DNA from: Candidatus Woesebacteria bacterium UBA1430
GTDB lineage: Bacteria > Patescibacteriota > Microgenomatia > UBA8517
NCBI GenBank assembly: GCA_002329465.1
Contig: DCTW01000001.1
Span: 2,787 to 53,760, forward strand
Direction of reading: 5' to 3'
DNA length: 50,974 nucleotides
Of this stretch, positions 34,870-44,627 are shown piece by piece. The notes under the pieces were generated by a model. That model was not told the origin of the DNA. It made no database searches and saw only the letters and a list, made by a program, of their open reading frames with translations. The position numbers and the translations under genes were made by a program. How positions within the stretch are numbered: the first letter of the stretch is position 1; every line of letters starts with the position of its first letter.

Positions 34870-37359
34870 TCAAGCAGTTGTCAACTTCTTATTAACCTTA
34901 GTAAAACCAAATTTCTTTTGAGTCTTATCATAATAAATCTCCAAAAGATCTCCCTCTTGTATTTCATTGTTTAAAATTGCTCTGCTCATAGCGTCTCCTA
35001 TCTCGATATCAAGCACTCTTCTCATTGGCCTTGCACCAAAAGAGGGATCGTATCCTTTTTCTACAAGACCGGAAATAGCGCTATCGGATATCTGTAAAAA
35101 AATATTTTTCTCCTTAATTTGAGTGGCAAAATCATTAAGCATAATACTGGCAATCATCATCAGTTCTTTACGCCCAAGCGGCTCATAAACAACAACGCCG
35201 TCAAACCTGTTTATAAATTCCGGAGAAAAAATTCCCTTTCGCAGCACGTGTTCAAGCACTTTTTTATGCAAAAAACTTGCTTTTTCATTCTTTGAAACAA
35301 GTCTACGGATATACTCGGCTCCCGCATTGCTTGTAGCTACAATAAACAAATTCTGGCAATTTATCTTCTTACCAAAAGCATCAGTAATAATGCCCTCATC
35401 CAAAACGCTCAAAAACAAATTAATTATCTGAGGACTCGCCTTCTCAATCTCATCAAGAAGCAATAAGCTTGCAGGCCTGTTCTTAATAGCCGTAGTTAAA
35501 ACACCTGGCTCACCGCTAGCTTGGGATCCCAACAATCTTTCAATACCCTGTGCCCCGGCATACTCAGCCATATCAAAACGCACAATATGTTTCTCACTGC
35601 CAAAATAGACTTTAGCTAAAACTTTCGCCGTTTCGGTCTTTCCTATACCTGTCGGGCCTAAAAACAAAAACGACCCTATTGGTCTACTGCTTTTTATTAC
35701 CCCCAAGCTCTTGCCACGAAGAATTTTTGCAATCATTTCCACAGCCTCTTTTTGGTTCACAAGCCGTTTATGAATCACACTCTCAAGATTAGACAAAAGC
35801 CTCTTTGTGCCCTCGGTTGCTTCTGCAAATTTTATTCCCGTCTTTTCGGACATTACAGCATCCACATCAATTGGGCTTACTATTTCATTCCTCCTCTGGG
35901 ATTTGTATATAACTACGGAATCCAACAATTCCAAAGCCTTCTCGGGAAAAGGTGTTTCGGTAATATAGCGATCACTACTGTCAAGAATTCTTCTTAAACT
36001 CGCTGTTAATATTACAACCTTTTTAATCTTTTCCCATCGTGAAGCTGCCTCAAAAAGTATTTCCATTGCCTCTTCGTTTGAAGGCTGAACAACCTCAACT
36101 GTTTCAAAAAACTTCCTTATTCTAAGATTTGGGACAATAAATTTCTCATATTCGGTATTTGTTGATATTGAAATAATCTTCAAATCCTTCTTTTCCAAAA
36201 AACTCTCAATAATATCCGTAAAATCATATCCCTCAACGCTCGCATTAACAATTCTATGTAAATCCTTCACCACAAGAATCACATTACCGGCCTGGCTTCC
36301 TTCACTCAAAATTTCCGAAAACCTTACCTTTTTCTGGCTCAAATCTGTTGACTGCGAAAAAATAAAATTAAGATTAAGCTCAAATATTTTCTTATAAGAT
36401 AGCTCACTACCAAGCTCACCTTTTCTTGCTCTATTTGCAAACTCCAAAACAACGGTCTTTTTCCCCACACCCGGCGGTCCGACCAAAACCACACTCATTC
36501 CCGACTTCAAAGCCCTCTCCATCCTGGAAACCACATTCTGCCTGCCGATTAAATGGTGCTCAAAAGGCTGCACAAAATCCATTCGCGTAAAATACTTGTC
36601 CAGTGTAGGAGTATATCCATACACCAAGCTTGCTCCTATTCCCGCACCGCTGTAGCTCAAACTTTCATCTACCCTCGTTTCTTCTTCATTTAACCTCTCC
36701 CACCAGCGAGCAGCCAATGCTAGATCCGTTCTGGAAATTCCCCTTTTACTAAAAAAGGGCTCATCCCACACTCCACGCTCCAAAAAATAGTCTAAAAGCG
36801 TGGTATAACTTGAAGGCTCCACTCCTTTTAAATCAACTTTCTTAGTGTCTGCAAAACTTGTCAAATCGGAAAGAACAAGCCCTGTATGCTTTAAAACAAA
36901 CTCACCGGCCGCATTGCCAAAAAGATAGTTAACCGCCTGCTCCGGATAATCACTGGCCTTTCTTTTAATATTCATAGCCAAATTAGCCGAAGACCTTATT
37001 TTCAAAAAATATATTCTCAAAGACAAAAATGGCAAAATTATCCAAAAAATAAATCCCACACCCCCCAAAAATGCGATCAAAAAAAGGCTTAATATCCCAA
37101 CTACAAAAAGCCCTGCCCTTACAAAAGCACCTATAAATCTGGAAACAAAATTATAAGTAAATTTCTCAAATTCCCGTCGAAAATTAAACCCCGAAGACCG
37201 CGAGGTATCAGCCAATCTTTTCCAGGGCGCAAATAACGTAGCAGGAAGTTTAAAAAGAGAAAAAAAGTGGATTATGTAGCCCAAAGCGTAAATATATCTC
37301 TTAATGTAAAAGCTCACTCCCCAGCTATAATGCCATGATAAAAATTGAGACAAGATCAT
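34870..37359 (-). CDS. ClpA/B-family AAA+ ATPase with N-terminal membrane segment
   Basis: Hydrophobic N-terminus. D1: VLVGPPGVGKKT, FPEKALELLD. D2: FLFLGPTGIGKTE, RFDMAEY, LLLDEIEKA, PEFINRFD, FGARPMRR. Confidence 0.88.
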   Translation of the reverse strand: MILSQFLSWHYSWGVSFYIKRYIYALGYIIHFFSLFKLPATLFAPWKRLADTSRSSGFNFRREFEKFTYNFVSRFIGAFVRAGLFVVGILSLFLIAFLGGVGFIFWIILPFLSLRIYFLKIRSSANLAMNIKRKASDYPEQAVNYLFGNAAGEFVLKHTGLVLSDLTSFADTKKVDLKGVEPSSYTTLLDYFLERGVWDEPFFSKRGISRTDLALAARWWERLNEEETRVDESLSYSGAGIGASLVYGYTPTLDKYFTRMDFVQPFEHHLIGRQNVVSRMERALKSGMSVVLVGPPGVGKKTVVLEFANRARKGELGSELSYKKIFELNLNFIFSQSTDLSQKKVRFSEILSEGSQAGNVILVVKDLHRIVNASVEGYDFTDIIESFLEKKDLKIISISTNTEYEKFIVPNLRIRKFFETVEVVQPSNEEAMEILFEAASRWEKIKKVVILTASLRRILDSSDRYITETPFPEKALELLDSVVIYKSQRRNEIVSPIDVDAVMSEKTGIKFAEATEGTKRLLSNLESVIHKRLVNQKEAVEMIAKILRGKSLGVIKSSRPIGSFLFLGPTGIGKTETAKVLAKVYFGSEKHIVRFDMAEYAGAQGIERLLGSQASGEPGVLTTAIKNRPASLLLLDEIEKASPQIINLFLSVLDEGIITDAFGKKINCQNLFIVATSNAGAEYIRRLVSKNEKASFLHKKVLEHVLRKGIFSPEFINRFDGVVVYEPLGRKELMMIASIMLNDFATQIKEKNIFLQISDSAISGLVEKGYDPSFGARPMRRVLDIEIGDAMSRAILNNEIQEGDLLEIYYDKTQKKFGFTKVNKKLTTA

Positions 37360-37377
37360 TACCTTAAGTTTATACTA

Positions 37378-38028
37378 TTAACAGTAATTTGCCAGCCTCA
37401 CTAGCTTGCTCATGTCAACAACTACAATATTTTTTCTACCGCGACAAGCAATCACACCCTCCTCACAAAACTTTTTCATCTCAAGGCTTGTAGTCTCGCG
37501 CGTTAACCCCGCCAAAGCGGCAATATCCTTATGTGTAAAAGGAACGGCTATTCTTATCTCCCCCCCGCCGTTTTCTTTTCCAAAACGCTTGGCTGCGATA
37601 ACAAGCGCTGATGCCACCCTGTTTCTTGCCGAACCAAAAAACAAAACCTCCATTCTCCTTAGCAAAGACCCAAAGCCGACAGTCAGCCTGCAAGTCAAAT
37701 CAAAAAGGATAGCGGGATTTTTTTTAATAAATCCTATAAACTCTTTTTTGGGAACAAGCCGTATCTCAACTGAAGTAATTGCTTCATAGTTATACTCATT
37801 AGCCAATTCACCCATTGCCCAAAGTATCGGAAAATAGCTCCCGGGCTTAAATATATTTAAACTCAGCTCATCCCCATCCACAGACACGGAATACATTTTC
37901 ACATATCCTTTTTTAAGAAAATACACATACTTAAAATCCTCATCAGATCTTTTAACAATTTCTTTCTGTCTAAATCTTTTTATAGGATATTTCTTAAAAA
38001 ACTTATCCACAGAATTAATATTGCTCAT
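37378..38028 (-). CDS. Crp/Fnr family transcriptional regulator (start revised to MSNIN)
   Basis: cNMP-binding-like domain (YFLKKGYVKMY) and HTH FTHKDIAALAGLTRETTS. Confidence 0.9.
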   Translation of the reverse strand: MSNINSVDKFFKKYPIKRFRQKEIVKRSDEDFKYVYFLKKGYVKMYSVSVDGDELSLNIFKPGSYFPILWAMGELANEYNYEAITSVEIRLVPKKEFIGFIKKNPAILFDLTCRLTVGFGSLLRRMEVLFFGSARNRVASALVIAAKRFGKENGGGEIRIAVPFTHKDIAALAGLTRETTSLEMKKFCEEGVIACRGRKNIVVVDMSKLVRLANYC

Positions 38029-38093
38029 TTTAGTCCAAATTATAACCCAATTAAATATAAAAGGGAAAAAACTATATTCTTTAATTCGCCAAA

Positions 38094-38681
38094 TCAACCG
38101 GAAAGAAAATAAGGAGGTTCATTTCCTGTCTTCCACTTGATGCTGCACCCGGAACTTGGCTTCTGCTCCTTTGGAGGGTTTTTCCCCGCAAGAAGATCGT
38201 CAATCGCACGTTTTAAATCTCCGCCCGTCACGGGCACTTTGTTTCCCGGCCTACTCTCATCAAATTGCCCTCTATAAAAAAGCTTGCCAGAAGTATCATA
38301 AAGAAAAAAGTCCGGCGTACATGCAGCTGTAAAATCCTGTGCCACTTCCTGAGTCTCATCAAAAAGTATAGGAAAAACAAAATCATACTCCTCTGCCATA
38401 TCCGCCATCTCTTCAGGGCTGTCTTCAGGATATTCTTCAATATCATTAGACGATATGGCGATAAAACTAACTCCGCTACCCTCATAATACTTGGCCACTT
38501 CGGATAACTTATCGGCAATATGCTGAACATAAGGACAGTGGTTCGAAATAAATATTAGACATATTCCCTTAGCGTCTTCAAAATCTTCAAAACTCACACT
38601 CTTGCCGCTGACTATATCCTTCAAATGAAACTCCGGCATATCAGAACCAAGAGGACTCATTGTTGACTGCGCTAAACTCAT
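38094..38681 (-). CDS. AhpC/TSA-like thioredoxin family protein (start revised to MSLAQ)
   Basis: FISNHCPYV, AISSND, AACTPDFF, YRGQFD, GCSIKW. Confidence 0.9.
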   Translation of the reverse strand: MSLAQSTMSPLGSDMPEFHLKDIVSGKSVSFEDFEDAKGICLIFISNHCPYVQHIADKLSEVAKYYEGSGVSFIAISSNDIEEYPEDSPEEMADMAEEYDFVFPILFDETQEVAQDFTAACTPDFFLYDTSGKLFYRGQFDESRPGNKVPVTGGDLKRAIDDLLAGKNPPKEQKPSSGCSIKWKTGNEPPYFLSG

Positions 38682-38746
38682 AAAATTAAAGGTAACAAAC
38701 CGACTCTTCCCCGTCAACCCCAAAGATCAATCAAACACCTTCTTAA

Positions 38747-41503
38747 TCACCCCTCCTGAGGATAATGGCAGTGTTTCCACTTCTTCCCGCTACCACACCA
38801 GCAAGGATCGTTCCTCCCTATTTTCTTTTTCGTAATAGTTCCGCTAACTCCTTTTGCCGCATTCATTAGCCTTTTAGTCGAATCATCAGCCAAAAGAGGC
38901 TCTCCATGCATCGCTGTCTCATCAGATGTTCTCTCCTCAAGCCCCATACTGTCCCGCTCATCAATATTTGTCCTTGCCTGATCCAAAGGAATCTCAGAAG
39001 GAGCTCTTGCCACACCAATCCTAAATATCCTTCTTGAAATCTCCTCATTTATGCGGTCTATCAAACTTTCAAAAAGTTCATAAGCCTCATTTTTAAACTC
39101 CACTAAAGGATCCCTTTGCCCATATGCGCGAAGCGTCACGCTTTCGCGCAACGAATCAATATGGTCAATATGGTCAATCCAAAGCCTATCTATAGACCCC
39201 AAATAAGCAAACTTCTCAACAAGCCTCATAGTGTCACTCCCAAGCTCGCGTTCCCGAGCCGCATGAACATCACTTATAATCTTTTTAAGCGCTTGGGCAA
39301 GCTCCTCTTTGTCGTTAATCTTCAAAAGCCTTTTTTTAACCTCATCTCGCGAACGCTCATCAAAAGGCACTATCTCTGTTAGTCCTATTACCACTCTTTC
39401 ATAGTCGGGTTTTGCATTCTCCTCGGGCCAAGATAAAATTAATATCCTATCAATCTGGTGCTCAAGCTTCTCAAGTATCTCATCCTTTACATCATTCGAA
39501 GTCAAAATCCTTCTTCTTAGCTTATAAATTATTTCCCTCTGATTATTGGCAACATCGTCATATTCAACTAACCTTTTCCTCATATCAAAATGGAATCCCT
39601 CCACCTTGCTTTGAGCTTGCTCGATCACCCTGGAAACAAGTTTATTCTCAATAGGCTGATCCTCAGGAAGCTTTAATCTATCCATAATCGACGATATCTG
39701 CTCTCCTCCAAAAATTCTCATCAAATCATCCTCCAAAGATAAATAAAAACGGCTCGATCCGGGATCCCCCTGCCTCCCGGCACGCCCTCGAAGCTGATTA
39801 TCAATCCTTCGGCTTTCATGCCTTTCCGTGCCGATTATGTGAAGACCCCCTGCGGCAATCACCTTCTTGTGTTCCCTCTCCCACTCTTTATACCCCTTAG
39901 TCTCAAGCCATTGATCATTAGTCATCCCCTTAGGCCTTTCGGGTTTTGCGCCACCGAGCACTATATCAACTCCACGGCCAGCCATATTAGTAGCAACTGT
40001 CACAGCACCGCTTTTACCCGCATCCGCAATAATCATAGCCTCACGCTCATGATTTTTTGCGTTAAGCACATTGTGGGAAATCTTTTTCTTCTTTAGATAC
40101 TGGCTTACAATTTCATTTCTTTCAATGGATGTTGTACCAACCAAAACAGGCTGTCCTTTTTTATATTTCTCTTCGATCTCTTTTACAACGGCTCCGTATT
40201 TTGCCCTTACACTTTTATAAACCATGTCTGAAAAATCTTTCCTGACCATTGGTTTATTGGTTGGTACAACCACTACATCAAGGTTATAAATCTTTCTAAA
40301 TTCATCAGCCTCTGTAGCCGCCGTACCGGTCATACCGGCCAAAACATCATACATACGAAAATAATTCTGAAACGAAATAGTAGCCAAAGTCTTGCTTTCC
40401 TGTTGAATAACAACTCCCTCCTTCGCCTCAACAGCCTGATGAAGTCCGTCGCTCCAGCGCCTACCGGGCATAAGCCTGCCAGTAAACTCATCAACAATCA
40501 CCACCTGATTGTCTTTCACCACATACTGCTGATCACGAATGTACAAACTCCTTGCCCTTAAAGCATTTTCGATATGGTGAATCGACTCAAAATCCTTTTC
40601 ATAAAGATTGTCAACGCCAAGTATCTTCTCTACCTTGGCAATACCATGCTCAGTTAAATTTGCACTGCGAGCCTTCTCGTCAATAACGTAATCTGTATCC
40701 TGATTTAGCTTATCTACTATCTCTGCAAATTTGTAATATTTATTTGTAGGCTCGGTATCAGGAGCCGAAATAATAAGAGGCGTCCTCGCCTCATCAATAA
40801 GCACGGAATCAACCTCATCAACTATTACAAAATAATGATCTCTCTGAACGACATCGGAAATATCATTAACCATATTATCCCTAAGATAATCAAATCCAAA
40901 TTCATTATTTGTTCCATATGTAATATCTGCCCCATAAGACTCTTTCCTGTCGCAAGGTTTAAGGTGCTCAAGCCGCACGTCCCCATGGCTTTCATCCTTA
41001 TACTCACTATCATAAATAAAGCTTTTTTGCTCCTGGGCAACGGTGCCCACACTCATTCCTAAAAAATCAAAGATCGGCCCATTCCATCCGGCATCACGCT
41101 TTGCCAAATAATCATTAACCGTAACAAGATGCACTCCCCGCCCCCTAAGAGCATGGAGATAAAGTGGAGGAACAGCAGACAAAGTCTTTCCTTCACCCGT
41201 TTTTTGTTCAACAACTTTTCCCTCAAAAAGAGCAATCGCAGCCATAAGCTGCACATCAAAAGGCCTCATCCCCAAAGTCCTTCGCGAAGCCTCGCGGACA
41301 AGGGCAAACGCCATGGGAAGTATGCTATCAAGGCTTTCACCGTCTTTAATCCTTTTTTTAAACTCTTCGGTCTTTTTAACAAAATCCTCGCCTTTTAACT
41401 TTTTAACCTTAGGCTCAAAATCGTTTATCTCGGCAACCCTCTTCTCAAGCCTGTCAACCTCTCTTTTGTTTATATCAATTACTCTTGAAAAAATATTAAG
41501 CAT
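38747..41503 (-). CDS. secA: Preprotein translocase ATPase SecA
   Basis: TGEGKT, VTVNDYLAKRDA, IVDEVDSVLIDEARTPLIIS, ATNMAGRG, RRIDNQLRGRAGRQG, C-terminal GRNDPCWCGSGKKWKHCH. Confidence 0.98.
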   Translation of the reverse strand: MLNIFSRVIDINKREVDRLEKRVAEINDFEPKVKKLKGEDFVKKTEEFKKRIKDGESLDSILPMAFALVREASRRTLGMRPFDVQLMAAIALFEGKVVEQKTGEGKTLSAVPPLYLHALRGRGVHLVTVNDYLAKRDAGWNGPIFDFLGMSVGTVAQEQKSFIYDSEYKDESHGDVRLEHLKPCDRKESYGADITYGTNNEFGFDYLRDNMVNDISDVVQRDHYFVIVDEVDSVLIDEARTPLIISAPDTEPTNKYYKFAEIVDKLNQDTDYVIDEKARSANLTEHGIAKVEKILGVDNLYEKDFESIHHIENALRARSLYIRDQQYVVKDNQVVIVDEFTGRLMPGRRWSDGLHQAVEAKEGVVIQQESKTLATISFQNYFRMYDVLAGMTGTAATEADEFRKIYNLDVVVVPTNKPMVRKDFSDMVYKSVRAKYGAVVKEIEEKYKKGQPVLVGTTSIERNEIVSQYLKKKKISHNVLNAKNHEREAMIIADAGKSGAVTVATNMAGRGVDIVLGGAKPERPKGMTNDQWLETKGYKEWEREHKKVIAAGGLHIIGTERHESRRIDNQLRGRAGRQGDPGSSRFYLSLEDDLMRIFGGEQISSIMDRLKLPEDQPIENKLVSRVIEQAQSKVEGFHFDMRKRLVEYDDVANNQREIIYKLRRRILTSNDVKDEILEKLEHQIDRILILSWPEENAKPDYERVVIGLTEIVPFDERSRDEVKKRLLKINDKEELAQALKKIISDVHAARERELGSDTMRLVEKFAYLGSIDRLWIDHIDHIDSLRESVTLRAYGQRDPLVEFKNEAYELFESLIDRINEEISRRIFRIGVARAPSEIPLDQARTNIDERDSMGLEERTSDETAMHGEPLLADDSTKRLMNAAKGVSGTITKKKIGRNDPCWCGSGKKWKHCHYPQEG

Positions 41504-41626
41504 ATTTAAATATTCTAAACCATTATTAAAAATTCTTTCTTTTCCTTTTTTTAAAGATACGCTAATTATAGCTTCTAGTCTATTCTATTTTAATAACAAA
41601 AAAATTTGTTATACTAAAAGCTGTAT

Positions 41627-42085
41627 ATGCCAAAAAAGGTAATACAATCTAAGAAACCGAAACTGCTTTATCGCTCCGAAACAAACAGGCTAATAGGAGG
41701 AGTAGCGGCAGGCCTTGCTGAATACTTCGATGTTGACGCAACACTAATAAGGCTCGCCTTCGTCTTAATAACCCTTGCAGGAGGCTCAAGCATTCTAATC
41801 TATATAGTTCTCTGGATAATTATCCCGTCGGAATCAAACATAAGCTTGAGGGGAGACGAAAACATCAAAAAAAATACCGAGGAAATTAAAAAAAAAGCCA
41901 ATGAGCTTGGTGAAAACATAAAAAAAGGCTCAAACCAATCCGGCACCAGAAACATTCTAGCCTTGATCCTTATAGCAATCGGTATATTCTACCTTCTCGA
42001 AAATTTTGGTCTTATCTTTGTAGATATAGATAAATTCTGGCCTGTTGCCCTTATTCTTCTCGGATTTGCTCTCCTTGCAAGATAA
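41627..42085 (+). CDS. PspC domain membrane protein with C-terminal LiaF/DUF5668-like TMs
   Basis: LYRSETNRLIGGVAAGLAEYFDVD..IRLAF; FWPVALI. Confidence 0.88.
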   Translation: MPKKVIQSKKPKLLYRSETNRLIGGVAAGLAEYFDVDATLIRLAFVLITLAGGSSILIYIVLWIIIPSESNISLRGDENIKKNTEEIKKKANELGENIKKGSNQSGTRNILALILIAIGIFYLLENFGLIFVDIDKFWPVALILLGFALLAR

Positions 42086-42090
42086 CTTCA

Positions 42091-42777
42091 TCAACCATCA
42101 ACCTGCCTGCCGGCAGGCAGGTCATTAGTTATCACAAACATCACATTAGCCTCAGGATAAAACCTATCAACATTTCCAAACATACGCTCAAGTTTTTCCC
42201 CAAACTTATAAGCCTCTTTTCGCTTTTCTCCATAATATAGCCTATTAAATACGATAACACCGCTTTTATTAAGAAGGCTATAAACAGCCATCAAAAAATC
42301 ATCCGTTTGAAACTTTTCAGGAAAATTATCTCCAGCATAAATATCCACACAAATAAGATCAAAACTCTTGCCTTCCAACCTCTTGCTTTTAACTTCTTTT
42401 TCAGCATCCCCAATAATAATCTCAGTATCCTCAGGCATTTTTAAGTATTTTTTTCCAAGATCAACCATTACAGAATCTATATCCACTCCGGTAACTTCCG
42501 CCCCCTCCCAATATTTTTTAATCAAATCCGCCACACTCCCCCCTCCAAGCCCCAAAATAAAACTGCTTCTGACATCAGGCATTTGGTTTTTAACTTTTTT
42601 TAATGCAGTTTTCCACACCTTCTTAGCCACTCCACCGGACTGAGTAAGTCCCCCCGCCTTTATATAAGTGCCCCAAGCCAAATCCCGCACAACACTGACT
42701 CTGCCGTTATAAACACTTTCCACGTCCTCAATCTCGGTCACACCATTCAAAAAATCGATCAATCTTGTACCTTTCAT
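42091..42777 (-). CDS. Spermidine-synthase-like SAM-dependent methyltransferase
   Basis: LGLGGGS, VDIDSVMV, GDA, FDLICVDIY. Confidence 0.82.
   Translation of the reverse strand: MKGTRLIDFLNGVTEIEDVESVYNGRVSVVRDLAWGTYIKAGGLTQSGGVAKKVWKTALKKVKNQMPDVRSSFILGLGGGSVADLIKKYWEGAEVTGVDIDSVMVDLGKKYLKMPEDTEIIIGDAEKEVKSKRLEGKSFDLICVDIYAGDNFPEKFQTDDFLMAVYSLLNKSGVIVFNRLYYGEKRKEAYKFGEKLERMFGNVDRFYPEANVMFVITNDLPAGRQVDG
42101..42122. repeat. Perfect 22-bp palindrome ACCTGCCTGCCGGCAGGCAGGT
   Basis: Exact self-complementary sequence; encodes LPAGRQ at the methyltransferase C-terminus. Confidence 0.9.
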
Positions 42778-42786
42778 TTTAAACTT

Positions 42787-44601
42787 TTAATTTTTCGCAT
42801 ATCCTTCTGCCTGTAAACCAAACGCTCTCGCATACACACCACCCAAAGCAACAAGCTCCTCATGGCTTCCCTGCTCCACGATTCTTCCTTTATCAAAAAC
42901 AATGATCCGATCAGCATTTCTTACCGTAGAAAACCTATGACTAATAATGATAACCGTTTTACCCTTAAAAAATCTGTAAATTTTGTCAAAAATTTTCTTT
43001 TCGCTCACAGCGTCTATTGAAGCCGTAGGTTCATCAAATATAATAAGCGGAGCATTCCTATAAAAAAATCTGGCAATCGCGATCTTCTGCCACTGTCCGG
43101 TTGAGGGCCTTGTCCCGCCTTTAAATTTTTCACTCAATATCTGCTCATAACCATCCTTATACTCCTTTATAAACTCATGGGCGCGAGCCATCTTTGATGC
43201 TCTAATTACTCTACCTTTTGCTCCGCCAACTTTTCCGATCATTATATTTTCCCTCGCGCTTAACTGAGGATAAGTATTATAATCCTGAAAAAGAACAGCA
43301 ATATTTCTATACCAGCTTTTCCCCTTAACTTCTGTGATATCAACGCCGTTTATCAATATCTTTCCCTGTGATGCCTTATAAAACCTGCACGCAAGCTTAA
43401 CAAAAGTTGTCTTGCCCGCCCCATTGTGTCCCACTATTGCAACTTTCTCTCCCGGTCTAATTTTTAAATTAAGATTCTTTATTACCTTAGGCTTGCTCCC
43501 GGGATAAGAAAAAGAAACATCTTGAAATTCAATTCCAGGCCCGCCATTAAGCTTTTGGAAACGTTTTTCTCCGTCTTCAAAAGCGCTTTTCATGTCAAAA
43601 ATCCTTTTAAATTCATCTATTCTCTGAGACGATTCATACATATCATTAAAACTAAGGGCAAGCCGAAAAATATTGTCACTCAGGTTTTGCATTGCCTGAA
43701 TATAAAAAGTGACCAAACCTACAGTTATCTCTCCAATCAAAAACTTCCACATCGTCACGCCAAACCCAAAAACCCTAACCAGATTCCTGATCTGGCCCAC
43801 CAAAAACGCTAATACGTACCACTCTTTTCTGGTTTTCCTCTGCCAATTTACCCAGTCATTAATAAAATCCTGAAATTTTTTCTTCAAAAGCCTATATCCT
43901 CCTGTAATGGAAAGTTCATGTAAAGCAACGGAATCGATCAAAGAATCCATGGACATATAAGACGCCCTTCTTCTTTCTGTAACTTTTCTGTCGTAATCCC
44001 AAAGTTTTGCCAAATAATGCTGATCTACAAATATCATTGGAAGCGAAAAAACAATAATTAATGGAATATAAAGAGGGTAAAAGGAACCAATAATGATCAC
44101 CGATCCCAAAAAACCGGCCAAGGCTCCAACAAGTCTCATTAGCGTTTCAAACTGCCGCATCATCTGAAATACATTTCTGTGTGCACGATCAATAAGATTG
44201 TTAAGTTCAGGATTCTCAAGGCTTTGGATCCCGAGTGACCGTAATTTCTCATACAAAAGCAATCGAAGCTTTGGGTCCGATATCTGCTGCAAATCGCGAT
44301 AAAAATAACCATCCAAATTTCGAAGAATACTAAGAAGCACGCTTAGTACAAAAAAAGCTAAGACAAAAGGCACAGTGCTCATATAATCAAAGCTTCCCTC
44401 TTTTGCCAGTTGAACAATCCCGTCAATAACCCATGCCCTAATAAAAGATGAGGCAAACACTTCAGCCTCCATCAATATCGTTGTAAAAAAAATAACTATA
44501 ATGGGGATCCTTGCTATCCTAAAATATGTTTTTAATACCCAAACAGTTATCTCTAAAAACTTTAAAATCGAAAGCCTCTCCTTTTTTTTCATATCATCCA
44601 T
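42787..44601 (-). CDS. ABC exporter, fused TMD + NBD
   Basis: About six TMs, GHNGAGKTT, variant signature PSTGQWQK, FDEPT, ISHR. Confidence 0.92.
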   Translation of the reverse strand: MDDMKKKERLSILKFLEITVWVLKTYFRIARIPIIVIFFTTILMEAEVFASSFIRAWVIDGIVQLAKEGSFDYMSTVPFVLAFFVLSVLLSILRNLDGYFYRDLQQISDPKLRLLLYEKLRSLGIQSLENPELNNLIDRAHRNVFQMMRQFETLMRLVGALAGFLGSVIIIGSFYPLYIPLIIVFSLPMIFVDQHYLAKLWDYDRKVTERRRASYMSMDSLIDSVALHELSITGGYRLLKKKFQDFINDWVNWQRKTRKEWYVLAFLVGQIRNLVRVFGFGVTMWKFLIGEITVGLVTFYIQAMQNLSDNIFRLALSFNDMYESSQRIDEFKRIFDMKSAFEDGEKRFQKLNGGPGIEFQDVSFSYPGSKPKVIKNLNLKIRPGEKVAIVGHNGAGKTTFVKLACRFYKASQGKILINGVDITEVKGKSWYRNIAVLFQDYNTYPQLSARENIMIGKVGGAKGRVIRASKMARAHEFIKEYKDGYEQILSEKFKGGTRPSTGQWQKIAIARFFYRNAPLIIFDEPTASIDAVSEKKIFDKIYRFFKGKTVIIISHRFSTVRNADRIIVFDKGRIVEQGSHEELVALGGVYARAFGLQAEGYAKN

Positions 44602-44627
44602 CAGTCATAGTATATAATTTCTATACG

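Noticed and set aside
37378-38028. Crp/Fnr operator sites
   Set aside because: I found no convincing TGTGA-N6-TCACA or TTGAT-N4-ATCAA site in the intergenic regions by eye.
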